Shown here in pieces: positions 38,526 to 50,800 of a stretch of 64,000 nt of DNA. This stretch comes from Setoptus koraiensis. Lineage: Eukaryota > Animalia > Arthropoda. Under the pieces are notes generated by a model. It was not told the origin of the DNA and searched no databases. It was given only the letters and a program-made list of their open reading frames with translations. The stretch covers positions 9,672,001 to 9,736,000 of the forward strand of contig CM106585.1 in the NCBI GenBank assembly GCA_048013815.1, given 5' to 3'. Position 1 is the first letter of the stretch; the number at the start of each line of letters is the position of its first letter. The translations under genes and the position numbers were made by a program.

Positions 38526-40540
38526 GCGCTCCCACGCACGAAATAAAAATAGCCGCTCTTCGCACAGCTCCACGTTCTTCTCGTGGCGCATGTTAAAAAC
38601 GGAACTCGGCCCGCTGGGCCCACGCTCGTATTACAGCCGATAATGCGGGCCGGTCTGTGGCCGGCGCTGCGGCTACCATTTACATGTGTACATATATCTG
38701 GCAGTGCCTGGCAGTTGATTTATAATCCGTGCTGCTCGCCGGCATTTGGCGCCAGCAGCAGCAGCCAGATTGGCCGACGTCGACGAGTGATATTAGCTCA
38801 TTATTAGTCACATTACTCATGAATTAGCGGCCGCTTTGCATGCACGCACGTCCACCACGTAACGTAATGTAACGCCAGCCAAATCGACTCGCCAAATTGA
38901 GGCCAAATTGGAGCCAAATCGAAGCTAAATTGAGGGGACTTAAATAAAACAACGAACACATCGCGAGAATTGCCCGTGCACGCGGGCTCGGGGGCCGGGC
39001 CGCACGCACGGGCTCGCCAATGTCGGCGCTGGCCATTTATTGGGCGCGGGGCCGGCAGCGCCGAGCGCATTTCATAGACGCCCGACGACATGCCCAAATT
39101 TGCCGCTTTCCGAAATCGCGAGAGCCCGCCAGCGAGCCAGCAGAAAGAACGAGCTTGCCGCCGGACTGTCGCAGTCCAGTTCTTTTGCTCCACTGCGCCC
39201 GCCAGTAATGAGATCCGCCGAGACTTTCGCCCCCAGAGAGCGGCACGGCCGGCCGCGCAACGGGCCCGAGGAGACTTTTGGGCCGCTTCCTGCCAACACT
39301 TTCACCTTTGTTCGCCCAGCGCTGGCCAGCGGCCTTGTGTGTATTTTCCTCGCTGCTCCCTCTCTCCCTCCGCTCCCTTTTCTCCCCTTTGTGCCCTTTG
39401 TGCCCTTTTTGCTCTTTTCGCCTCTTGCCTCCTCTCATCTCATCTCCTCTCATCTCATCTCGTCTCCTCGTGCGCTCGTCTCCTCGTGAGCTCGTCTCAT
39501 CGCGCGTCTCGCTTCGCCTGGCCCGGCCCGGGCGATCGCTCGCGTGCGAGCCCTCGCGAGCCATAATCACGCGCTCGGGAGTCGCTCGAGCGTCACGCCC
39601 CCGCTCAGGTGACTGATCGGCCCGATCGACCCGATCGACCCAATCGGCCCGATCGGCGGTTGTCGTGTAGCGCGATCACGGCGCGCCGGCCGTGCCGTGT
39701 CATACCGCTGGTATTAGCATGCGGTTTGAGCCGTTGAGGCGCATTTTTCATCGGCGCCCAGCGCCGACCGAAGCGTGGCGAGCGTCGCGAGGGCGCCTTT
39801 TTGGGGCGTATAAACACAGCAGAAACGGGGCGCACGTTTGACAATGTTGTGGCCCGATGGCGACGGAACAGAGCGCAACGAATCAGTTCGCAGACTGGCA
39901 ATTATTCCCGCCGCACCGAGAAGATATTTCGCCTCGGCGCAGAAGCGTGCATTTAGTTGCGCAATAGTAGGTGCATCGCAAGTCGGTGTGCGGGATTTTC
40001 CGCGTTGTTTGGGGCTTTCGCCGTTGCGCCCTCGCTTTGCTTGCCCTGACGCAGCCCCAGTTGGAAATTCCCCCCGTTCATTAATGGCAAGCACTCTGTC
40101 CGGCGGTCATTGCGAGTGTCAGCCGTCGGGGCATTTCTGGCCCGCAAGTTTCGGGGCGATCTCTGGCGAGTGCGCGCCAGAGATCCGGTGCTTTTTATCG
40201 GCGCCGCTGTTGGCGCATTAACTCGGCATCATCATCAGGGCCATTGTTGTTGTTGTTGTTGGCGAGCCAAGTCACATTTAGTGTCGATGCGGTTGCAGAG
40301 CGAACGCACAGCAAATAAAAACAGCAACTAAAACTGTAGGCTGTTTACATGGGCCAGCATTATTTAATTCGTAGACAGTAACTCAAAAAGCGGCCCCATT
40401 CGAGCTTGTGTGCGTACGTGTGCGTGTGGTCATCGGCCAATCCAAAAAACATACAGTTTTGGCGCCAAAATTGGTGAAAAATTTTCGATTTAGTTCACGG
40501 GCCGGCCAAGCGAAACGAGTAGACAATCCGATTTTTACAG

Positions 40541-40681
40541 CGCGCCATTTACAGTGGCACAAGTGTGACAAAAGTGATTTAGCCAACAGACTAACAGGCA
40601 GCTATAATTCCCTAGCTATAAGACTATTACCAAGTGACGAAACGCGAACGACAATGTGCGATCTGAAGTCATCTTCGACAG
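40541..40681 (+). CDS. igl: IQ-protein exon 3 (141 nt, phase 1-1), containing internal ATG 40654 (MCDLKSSSTG)
   Basis: Acceptor atttttacag at 40540; open frame ARHLQWHKCDKSDLANRLTGSYNSLAIRLLPSDETRTTMCDLKSSSTG; donor G|gtaaat at 40681/40682. Confidence 0.55.
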
Positions 40682-40890
40682 GTAAATGCAGGTTTACATG
40701 CGAACAGGTGACGACGCTGGTCGCTGGTCAGTGTGGCCACAATTGTTGAGATAATTGAGCACAATAACCAACTTGAAACGATAATTCCCTTCGCATCTAT
40801 GCAATAGCCCCCTCTATTATCATCATGTCGCCAATGTAATCTCATCAATTTGCTTGTTGTATCCCTTTTTGCTGCATTCTCTGTGAGCAG

Positions 40891-41288
40891 GGCCCGGCGC
40901 GTCGCAAACAGAAGTGGCCAACATATTCGACGACGAGGACGATCCCGAAGCCGTCAATTCCGCAATAGTAAAAATCCAATCAACATTCAGAGGAAAGAAA
41001 GTGCGCTCAAGATTAGTGAACAAGCAGACGCCAGCGCCAGCAGCACCACCTTCGACATCATCACCAGCCGAAACAGCAGTGCCAGCGACGGATAATAATA
41101 ATAGTAGTAATAGCATAGCCAGAAATAATAATAATAGTAGTAGCAACAATCAACAAGAAAGCACAACAGCGGCCAAGACGCGCAACAACCAGCAGCAGCA
41201 GCAACAGCAGCACGAACACGAGACAGATCAATTAAGCAAGAGCTTGAACAAAGTCAAGATGCAAGTAAGCGATAACGAGCCCACACAG
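40891..41288 (+). CDS. igl: IQ-protein exon 4 with IQ motif (AIVKIQSTFRGKKVRSRLVNK)
   Basis: Canonical IQxxxRGxxxR; KIQSTFRG...LVNK matches the Igloo IQ repeat as I recall it; phase-1 acceptors at 40890 and 40911; phase-0 donors at 41264 (gtaagc) and 41288 (gtgagt). Confidence 0.8.
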
Positions 41289-44200
41289 GTGAGTAGGCCC
41301 CCGGCGGCCCCATTTTCGTCCATTGTTCGTTCGGACTCTCAACATCAGAGGCGCTGTTCGCGCCAGTCTTGTCCCTCTGTCGGTCGCTCCAAGTAACGCT
41401 CGAAACAATGTTCGGGAGAGCGCCCGAAAAATCGCTGCCAGTTTTTCGGCCCGGCCTCGCAAACATTTCGTCGGGCAGCTCGTGCTAGACGAAATGTTTG
41501 CGCGCGCAATAATGATAACGCACACACCAACATAAGTTATGTTACATAAGGCGCTCATCACGCCAGCCAGTGCGCGTCACATTTTGTTTGTGTGCGTCTA
41601 ATTATGCAAATGAGTCCGTGATTGCGCCATGTTTTGGCGTGTCTCTTCGGCCGCTCTCATTACATGAGACGGTGTTGTGTGCCCAGGACGGCACGCGCAT
41701 TGTCGCGTACGGCGCCTGTCGCTTCGAGCCCATTTGTTACCTATTTGTAGCCGACTATTTGTGGGCCCCCAACCATTTCGGCTGGCCAGCGTTCGTTGTT
41801 TTCGCTTTGTTTTCGCTCGTTCGTCTGAATCTGTCGCATGCTCGGCGCGTGTTTGTGCCAGTTTTCGGCCACGCAGCTCGGCCGACTCACTTTCATGCCA
41901 GGGCAAATTCACGCAGCAGATAATTCGCAGTCTCTTTTCGGGAGCGTTTGCGAATTATCCCCAGCTGGACGACGCTTGCCACCGAGCCGATGTTCTGATT
42001 TTTGATGGATGTCGCGCCGACTGTCCGACCGGCCTGGCTGGCAGTGGCACTGATTGGTGGTGCCTAGCAGAGATATGGTAATTTTCGGGCCGGCGTGACG
42101 CCGCCGCGCCAGCATAATCATGCCGGGGGTCGCGCGGATCGAAATTGCTCGCCGCGGCGCCCGGATAAACGTTCGGCGGGCCCGAACGTTTGGTGGCACC
42201 AATTTTCGTGAGCTTCCAGCGCGGCTACACTGCGTTCGGCGATCGCTCATTTCGCGCCGGCACCGCTCGAAACGGCGCAAAAGCCGAAATAGCTAGGCGA
42301 AATGGGGCGCCGAAACACTGCCGAAACACTGCCGAAATCGTTGGCCGAAATGCGAAACGAATGGGGCCACACTGTGCCGATGTCGCGCCATTGCGGTGCG
42401 AGGTGCCGAACTCCTTTACGACGATGGTGCGCCTATGATATATGCGCAAATGTCGCGGGGATTTATTTTCGCTGCTGGCTCTGTTCGGTTGTACGCAACA
42501 CTTGTAAAAAAGTTTTTCTGCAAGCTTGCTAGACTTTTTTGCGCGACACTTTCCTGCAAACGCTCACCATTGCTCAACAGGCTCATGCATAATGTATGCA
42601 CGCGTTTTCGCAGCACGCGCTCGCTCGCCACTGACTCGCTGGGCGCTGGTCGCCTAGCCGAGCCAGATTTAGCGCCGATATTGCGCGATATATGGCGCGT
42701 ACAAACATTGTCTGGCTTACACAATGGTGCTGTTGCTGTTGTGCGTGTGTTAATAACTTGAATGGCTCGAAGGTCGCACGACAGCTGATAAATTGATTAT
42801 ATGGAGCACATGTATATAGTTTATAGGACAGGCTAGTGGTGGCAGCAGCAGCAGCAGCGAGGGGCCCCACGAAAGGCACGCCATGAGCGCGCCAAAAGTA
42901 ATGAGCCGACCGAGTCACTAAATGTGGCATATGTCCGTGTTTGTTGGCAACGTTCGTGGTGGCTGGCAATCAGACCGATACAGCAACTATTATTGGCAGC
43001 AATACCGACTATTGACTGATAGAAAGAAGATTATTAATCGGCTCAGCGGCATTAGCCGCCGGTGCCCATTAGGCGGCCCGAACGGTCTGGCGGGCCTCAA
43101 AGAGCGTATGGCTAACACCCAACTGAGTGGCCTGGCCATTCTCCGTGGTTATTTGTTCTCCCATCTGAACGCGCGCACACACGCACGGCAAATAGGCTTT
43201 TTGGGGCCCCAGTTGGAGGGTGTTGTCTGTTGGCTATGATTAGATTGACGACACTGCTAATAGCGTGATCCGGCATGATCCAGCCGACCAACGGGTGTTT
43301 GTGTGTGGACAGCGGGCACTCGTTAGTGCCAGTTGTTGTGGCCAGCGGCCGGCGGCCCAGCAACGGCATCAAAATAAATGGGCTAATATATTTATTATTA
43401 TGTAATTTTGATTGGATTTGTTCGCGCTCGCCGTTCGCGCGCCCACACAAACACAAAGTGCGCCCACACAAACACGCAGCAAGCCCCCATAAACACAAAA
43501 TGACCGGCGACATACGCCGGTCATTTTGTGTGTTTCTGCGCTGGCCGGTGCAACAAGGCCACCAACAAAACTGCTTGCGCCACCAGAAGCGACGACAGCG
43601 CCAAAATCATGCCCGAACCGAAAAAAAGGGTGCGCGCCGGAAAGGGGCCCCTTTAATGTCTTAATTATTTTTTTCCAACGATTGTAATTACTCGCACATG
43701 TATGCTGTTGAAACAACAACGCGCTGCTGCGGTTAAATCTATTTGTACGCGTATCGCCCGTGTTCCGCCGAGGCGCCAGTGGCAACAGCAGTGGGCCGGG
43801 TTCTTTTTTCTTTTCGCGAACTGCGTTCTCTTGGCGCGCTCTCTTGGTGGGCCTCAGTTTCGCGTTCGTGCACCGATTAGGAAACACCAGTTCTGGCGCA
43901 TGAATGATGACCAGGGCTGCACGCTGCACGCAGCACGCTGCCGATACGATAATGCATCTAGTTTCGGCTGCAAATAATACATCAGCGACAACACAATGGG
44001 CCCGGCGTCTTCCAAATCAGATCAAACAAATTCGGTCGGCGCCGTTGGCCACTGGCCAACGCCAGTTGGCCTTTCACAGCTGGCAAGCCGATCAACCGAT
44101 TACGCGATGGCTGTTGATTGACGATCATTTCATATCGCTGGGGCCCGCGTCGCCCGGCCAGAGTAGTTGCTTTTGTGTGTATGTGTCAGTCATGGCAGCA

Positions 44201-47027
44201 CCGAAAACAAAATTTGATTTCAAGCTAGCGATGCAGACATGACACATTAATTGTGTTCGCCTCCAGCCCCAACGCGAAAGAGCGCGAACCTGATAAATAG
44301 CTGACAATGGCTCTCACACAATAGACATAGCAGCAGTGGCAGCAAAAGATATGATTGGCCCGAGATAGAATACGAGAAATGATAAATGATGACAATGATG
44401 CCTCGCCAGCCAATCGCTAAACGCTCAAACTGATGCCACTGAAAATCGATGCATGTCAAAGTGAGCGAGCCGAGCAGCTATTTATTTACTTTATTTATTT
44501 GCGCTATAAGCGACACAGACATCGACACAGGCTAGACACCATGCCTATTCAGGCCTCAATGCGCTTTCTTGCTGAGCTTGCCAGAGAAAACAATCTGGCC
44601 GCTTGACGGAATGGTATGGAAATGGAAGCTCAAAAGGATCATCTGGAGACTGATTCTGTCAAGGACATGGCAACACGACGAGCGTTCTTTCACTCTTTTG
44701 CTCTTTGGTGTGCCTTGAAATTTATGAACGAATGCAACTTTGGCAAATCGTTCTCAGCGCTATGCAACCACACCGTAATACAATAATGGCTGGCCTGTTT
44801 GTTGGCACAACATCGCAAACATTACACGGTAACACGGAAACGGCGCCAAAACAGCCAACTAAAACCGGCCTAGATTTATCGCAGCCACACTGCACAAACT
44901 GCCGAAACTGGCCCCCGCATGCCGCTCTACTCAGTCATCCACGAGGCTCGCATCTAGGAAGTATGAGTTTGCCAACTCAGTTGGCGCAACTGTTAGCGGC
45001 CTTGAACGCTCGATGAACTCGATCGAGCTTTGAAAAACACTTTTCAAGTGGAAAATCTTCATGGTTCATCGCCAATTGCTACCCAATGAACTGATCGTCT
45101 GAAACGGGGTGTCACGAGACACCGCGAAATGTTAATTTTCAGGTGTTTTTTTTTTCATCTTGGGAAGCCTCACGTTGGCCCCAAACCGAATTGAATTTTT
45201 CCGAATCTCATGTTAATAAAAATGCTGCCATTGGAACAAAAACTGTCTCGCCCGAAGCTGACAAAAAGTCTTCTTTCTTGACTTTTTCCGGCTATTGTTT
45301 GACCGGCTCTGCACCGTTCTCAAATAACAATATTCACGTGTGACGGAAAAATGTTTATGGATCAGTTTTCAGAGCGCGCAGCGGTTGACGTGGCATTAAA
45401 TATTGCACAATGACATTTTCAAGATAGTTATCAGGAAATTCGTGTGATGAACTAAAAAATAGACAGATAGCCCAAAAGTGCACGCTAACCAAACGCTCTT
45501 TCCTTGCTTCCGTGCATTTTAGACTGGATATTTATAGATGTGAGCTTGTCTGGTGATATTTTATAATATTTTGAAATCATCATATCACAAGGCTGTCGCC
45601 GGGTGAGCTGATAAAATATTGTGATGCTAGCAGTAAGCGATGATGCGTTCAGAATCATGAAAGTGGCGCCCATGTTTTTGTATATTATTAATGTAATCGC
45701 GTGTGCTGTCCCAATGGACCGACTGAGAATCGCCAATTCATTGGTAAATGGGTGCCTAGAGATTGTATCCGTTGCATAATTTTAATGGATAATTCTAATC
45801 TCAAATAATGTTTGCTAAAGTGATGCTGTGCAGATATGAACTGAGCTCAAAGTAAGACGAACTGAAAAAAATTCTTCTTTCAGATTGTCCGACGACAAAG
45901 TCGCTTGAAAGAATTCATTATCTTCTCGATCGGAGCAATGACTCAATAATTGAGTGCGATAGTGGCGAAATGGTTTTTTTCGGTGCGCCCAAACTTAATT
46001 TTTCGAGCTAAATTCTAGAAAAATTTTCTCCATCACTCTATCGTCATGCCATCAGAGAGGGCGTTGGAGGCCAGTGGCATTCAAATTTATTTCTGTGGCG
46101 CCGATGATAGATGGGCGCGCAGAGTGGAAATTTCCAATCGGGAGGCCCCATGTAGGGACGGCACTCGAACATGGGGTGCATGCGAGTATTGGCCGAATCG
46201 CCGAAATTGCGAAAGCTCACGGCCCCGTGAATCACGAGGTCGCACACATGGCACCTTTTTTGAGTGCAGCCCGGAAAGACGATCAGCGTGAAATGTGAGA
46301 TTGGCAAAATTAAAAATAGTCTGATGACACACTTACAAGCCGCGTTAGCTGGATTGGCGAGACACACACTGCGCTGAAAGAAATGTGTCAGCAACGTTGA
46401 AAAGAAAAATGCGCGAATGCCCCTAGGTACCCACTTCTAACTATTGCATCGCAGTCAAGTGGTCAGGTTATGTTGCGAGCTCGCCAGACCGTAAACCAAC
46501 AACAGAAACCGTTGAGAGCCAACGATGGCCTTGTGATATCAGCAAGTTTGTTTACTTATCCTGTGACCAAGCTAATGGCTCTAATCTAGAACGAGAATCT
46601 TGCCCTCACAGGGCCGATTAAAAACTCTGTGTGCTCATTGTTTGCACACTAACACGGCACATTGGAGTCAACTGGATATAATTAGGTAACAAGGGCCGAG
46701 CAAACTGAGCGTGCAATGAAACTTTTCGTCATTATGTTTGCCTAATTAGTAGTAGTCATATTATCTGGCAAAATGACACACACACACACACACAACATAA
46801 TAATATGCTCGCGTGCGCTAAAAATAACCTGACGATAGCGCCGGGCCGGCATCACGGCGGCCATTGAGCTAGCTCATTAGTGGCACCTCTTACGCGTATA
46901 AACAAGACACGGCCCGTTAGCATCCGCGACGCCAGAACAGCCAAACAAACAAAATTGATTACATAATTGTTTGTACGCGCGTTGTTGCCGCGTTTGTTTA
47001 CCTCTGCCCATTGGCAGAGCACCAGAC

Positions 47028-47090
47028 CATACAACCAGCATACAACCGGCATACAACCGGCATACAACCGGCATACAACCGGCATACATC
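47028..47090 (+). repeat. 11-bp tandem repeat (CATACAACCGG), about 5.5 copies
   Basis: Read directly. Confidence 0.9.
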
Positions 47091-47702
47091 CAGTGTTGCG
47101 GTGCGGATATTTGAGCTCCGCCAATTTACTTAAGTGTCCTCCAGTGGCCATTCGAGGATCGCTCGAATGGCGCTCGCGTTCTTTGTCGCTGGTCACCGAG
47201 CGAAATGTCAGAATAATATTATATCCATTCAATTCGAGTGCATCTAGCGGGGCCGCACTACTAAACTAAATCACTGTCCGAGATTTCGCCAGACGGAGAG
47301 GGGGTGCGTTTGACAAGACGCGCACAGCTGGATAATATATAGGGACAAGTGTCACCGTTTTAGATGCCGTTTGTGATTGTTTTGGTTTGGGTGCACGAGT
47401 CACCAGCGTGCAATTCTAACCGGGCCCGGCCTGCCTTTTACGCCTGCCTATAAGCCGGCCAACTTTGACTTTGCTCCTAAGTAGCTTAGTTTCCCAAAAA
47501 GAGGCCCCAAAATACCCCCGAGCGAGTGGTGAGTTGCGGCGGTTGAATTTATTGCCTTAGGTACATATACAAATATGTGTGCATTCAAACTACCTTGCAT
47601 GTGAGTGCTAAAGTTTCATTTTGTTTTGGTTTCGGCTCATTTGCAAGCACATTATGGATGATTGGCCGCCAGTTGTCGTCCGGATTGCGCCCTTTTTTCC
47701 GT

Positions 47703-47800
47703 TATTTTTGTTGCTGTTTTTGTTGCTATTTTTGTTGCGATTTTTGTTGCGATTTTTGTTGCGATTTTCGTTGCGATTTTTGTTGCGATTTTTGTTGCTG
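47703..47800 (+). repeat. 12-bp tandem repeat (TTTTTGTTGCGA), about 8 copies
   Basis: Read directly; it generates the KIAT and NKNR shadow ORFs. Confidence 0.9.
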
Positions 47801-50800
47801 TTTGAGTGGCGGATTCTGCCCAGAAACAATCAGAATCGCATTCGTCTCCTATGCAAACACAGCAGAAAATCATCGCCAAACAGACAGTCTCGTCTTTCTC
47901 TCCATCCATTAATATTCCATCAAACACACTTTCGGTTACATAACTATTGTTACTTAACTAGTGCCACCATCAGTGCAAATAATGCCACTGTTGTGTGGCA
48001 CAAATCACTGCGATATCCTCTGATGGCTGCTGTCATTTGCGATGGCCCGCCTAAAAACAACAACGACAACAATAACAACAACAGCTGCCATCGATACTAG
48101 ACAAGTGCCACTTGCCCATCCGCTCGCATTGTATTGTGATTTGGGATAATGCGCATCGGGCAAATACCTCTGGCGTATACAGATTAATATTATAACGAGA
48201 ATAATACTATAAGCAGCTGCTATTCCACTCCAATGGGCAGAAATTTCAAGTTTTGTGCCAATATAAAACGAACGGCGAGCTAGATGCGACAGTTTGGGCA
48301 CAAAATTCGTATAAACCGTTGCAATGATTATCACAGTGATAATGCCAGTTAACGAGCTCGCTTAGCCTCGGCCAAACTCGGCCGAGGTTTGTCTAATGAA
48401 CAGAGAGCAAAAAGAGTTTGCACCAGCCGGATCTCTGGCAATGATATATCCATCGGATTTAAATTTATCCCCGTCACTACTGTGCCCATACACTGGATGT
48501 TTGGACCGATAGTCAGCAGAATAGTAATTATGCAAATTTTTTCATTTTAACAGGGAACGCCCGTCAGTGTGTGTCGAATAGACAGCGCCTACGCCGTGAT
48601 TTTTGGTTTGTGTTAGTGCCAATTTCGCTGCGACTGTCGCCCCAAATATTCATGTGCCATTCGATGGGATATGCCCGAGGGCGGTGAACACACGTCAGCA
48701 ATACCCGCAATTGTTTGTGCCAATCGCAGGCTGCAAATTCCAGGGAATTATTATTTTTTCTTTGTTTTTATTTTATTTTGTTATTTTTTTTTTTTAAACA
48801 GAGCTTGTATTTGGTCCGACACAATTATTTCCTTACGGTCCGGTTGCTCGCCGCTTATCGGCTGGAGACGAACTCGAGGCTGGTGAGTGGCGCAAGCAGG
48901 ATAAGCTTGCACGAAAAAACGCTGCAGCCAGCCTTGGGGCACAGGCCCGTCCAAATATCCAGCTGGTCAATAGCTGGCGAACAAGATTGAAGCCGGAAGC
49001 GATGGGCTCACTGGATAATTAGTGTTGCTGTGTCCATGATTGTCAATCACAGTGCCGACATATCGCCAGTGGCTCGCATTCGTCTGTTTCGCAGTGACGT
49101 TAAATGCGTCTTGTGAATGTTATCTCTGTTGTAACAGCTCGTCGTACGATTGCCCTTAGTCAGATAATTTTGTTAGCTAAAGCTGTGAGTTGGCCTCATT
49201 TTCTGGCTGGCCTCTCTCATTCCAACTTGATTGTTTCATTAAGATGTGTGAATCAGATAATGTGATTAATTCAGATGCAAGCGCACAAACACACACACAC
49301 AAATAAAAGCTCTTATCTACTTGTAGTTGATTTTGTGTATACTGGCTGTGGAAAGAGAGTGAGGGCGAGGGTATCAGTTTGTCTGTTTGAATCGATTGAT
49401 CCGGAGAGTTGCACATGGGAGCAGTGATTGTAAGCTTCTTTGGGCTCGCAGCCAACGTGAGCTTTGTGGCGATCTTATCGTGCCCCATCGACTCGGTTCA
49501 AGTCGAGTGATATGGCGTGCCCAGTGGTGGTGCTGCTGTGATGACGAGCTCTACTTCCGGTGTTGCCTGTCGACACGTTGTTGTGGAGTGTGGCCAATTG
49601 TTTGTGTGCGCCACTATACTCACTGAAGCCATTGGAGTCGAGCAGCTCAAGTGACAATTGCTGGCCTGCATGAGGCCATTATATTGACATTGGGCGCCAG
49701 TTAGACTCGCGAACGACACTATGTGCAGCCGCTATGTTGCCGGCGTCGGTGTCAGTGCTTTCGTTCGAAATAAGCGTGATAGCTAGCTTCTGGCGAACGC
49801 GCCACATTGCCGACAACTCATTAGAAGCAGCTCGTGGTGACACACACACACACGCTAAAATAGCTCAACAACTTGTCGCAACACGACAGAGAAACTCGAT
49901 CGTCTCGATTGTCCGTTATGTGCCAGTTAGTTTGTGTCAGTGTTTGGCATACGCTCTGCTGACACTGGTTGCCACGAGAAGTTGTGTACGTGTACGTGTG
50001 GCGCGCTGCAGTGTGGTGTGGTGTGGCAAAATATCTTGCGTTGTCATGGTAGCTAAGCTGTCTGGTGTTACGTAATCGATTGGCAACGACAGCCATAATG
50101 AGCGCAATGCGGATATATTTCGCACCATACAGTATGTTTTCTTGTTTGTCTGGCTGATGTTTGACCATGAATTTGTCGTGACGATTTCATTTGCTTCGAT
50201 TTGCTCCACTAACGACAGTTTAGCCTCACAACTGCCACAATGGTTCGCTGTTCGTTGGATACTCTCTTGTAGCGATTGCCGTCATCGATGTATGTGTATG
50301 GGCGCTCATTTGAACCCCTAGACATACAGAGATAGCGAGACTTAGTTGGTGTCGTTGCAGTGCCCCTGCTGGGAATTATTGTTACCATTATTATTATTCC
50401 CTGAATAGAGGCCCCAACGAACATTTAGCCAGTTTCTTCGGGAGCCTGCTGGCACGAACGCACACACAGAGATTAGAGTGAGAGTTTAGACCGCGCAACA
50501 ATGACCAAGCAACCCACTGATAGTATGTTGGTGCCCATAACGGGTTTTTCCGCCAAACGCACAGACGGTTTTATCACGTTTATCAGCTGGCGCCGAGAGT
50601 GGGTAGTAGTGAGTCGGTTCAGTTGTCAACTCATTAAGCTAACGAGATGACTGCCAGCACCTCTGCGCGTATCGCGCACCGATAGTTCAGATGGATTGAG
50701 CTTTATTTAGTTTTTGGCCCCGAGCTGAAGCAAACCGGCCGGCAAACAACCCGCAAATGTTACCAAGTTGTTCCACTTGGCCACTTTTGGCCAGCTTAAC

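Noticed and set aside
28772-41362. Identical 17-mer CAGAGGCGCTGTTCGCG at 28772 and 41346, and 14-mer CAGCGCGCCATTTA at 40538 and 55961
   Set aside because: Matches of this length are not clearly beyond chance in 64 kb of GC-biased DNA; flanks do not extend
49491-49508. tRNA T-arm-like ACTCGGTTCAAGTCGAGT
   Set aside because: The stem needs a bulge and there is no acceptor, D or anticodon arm upstream
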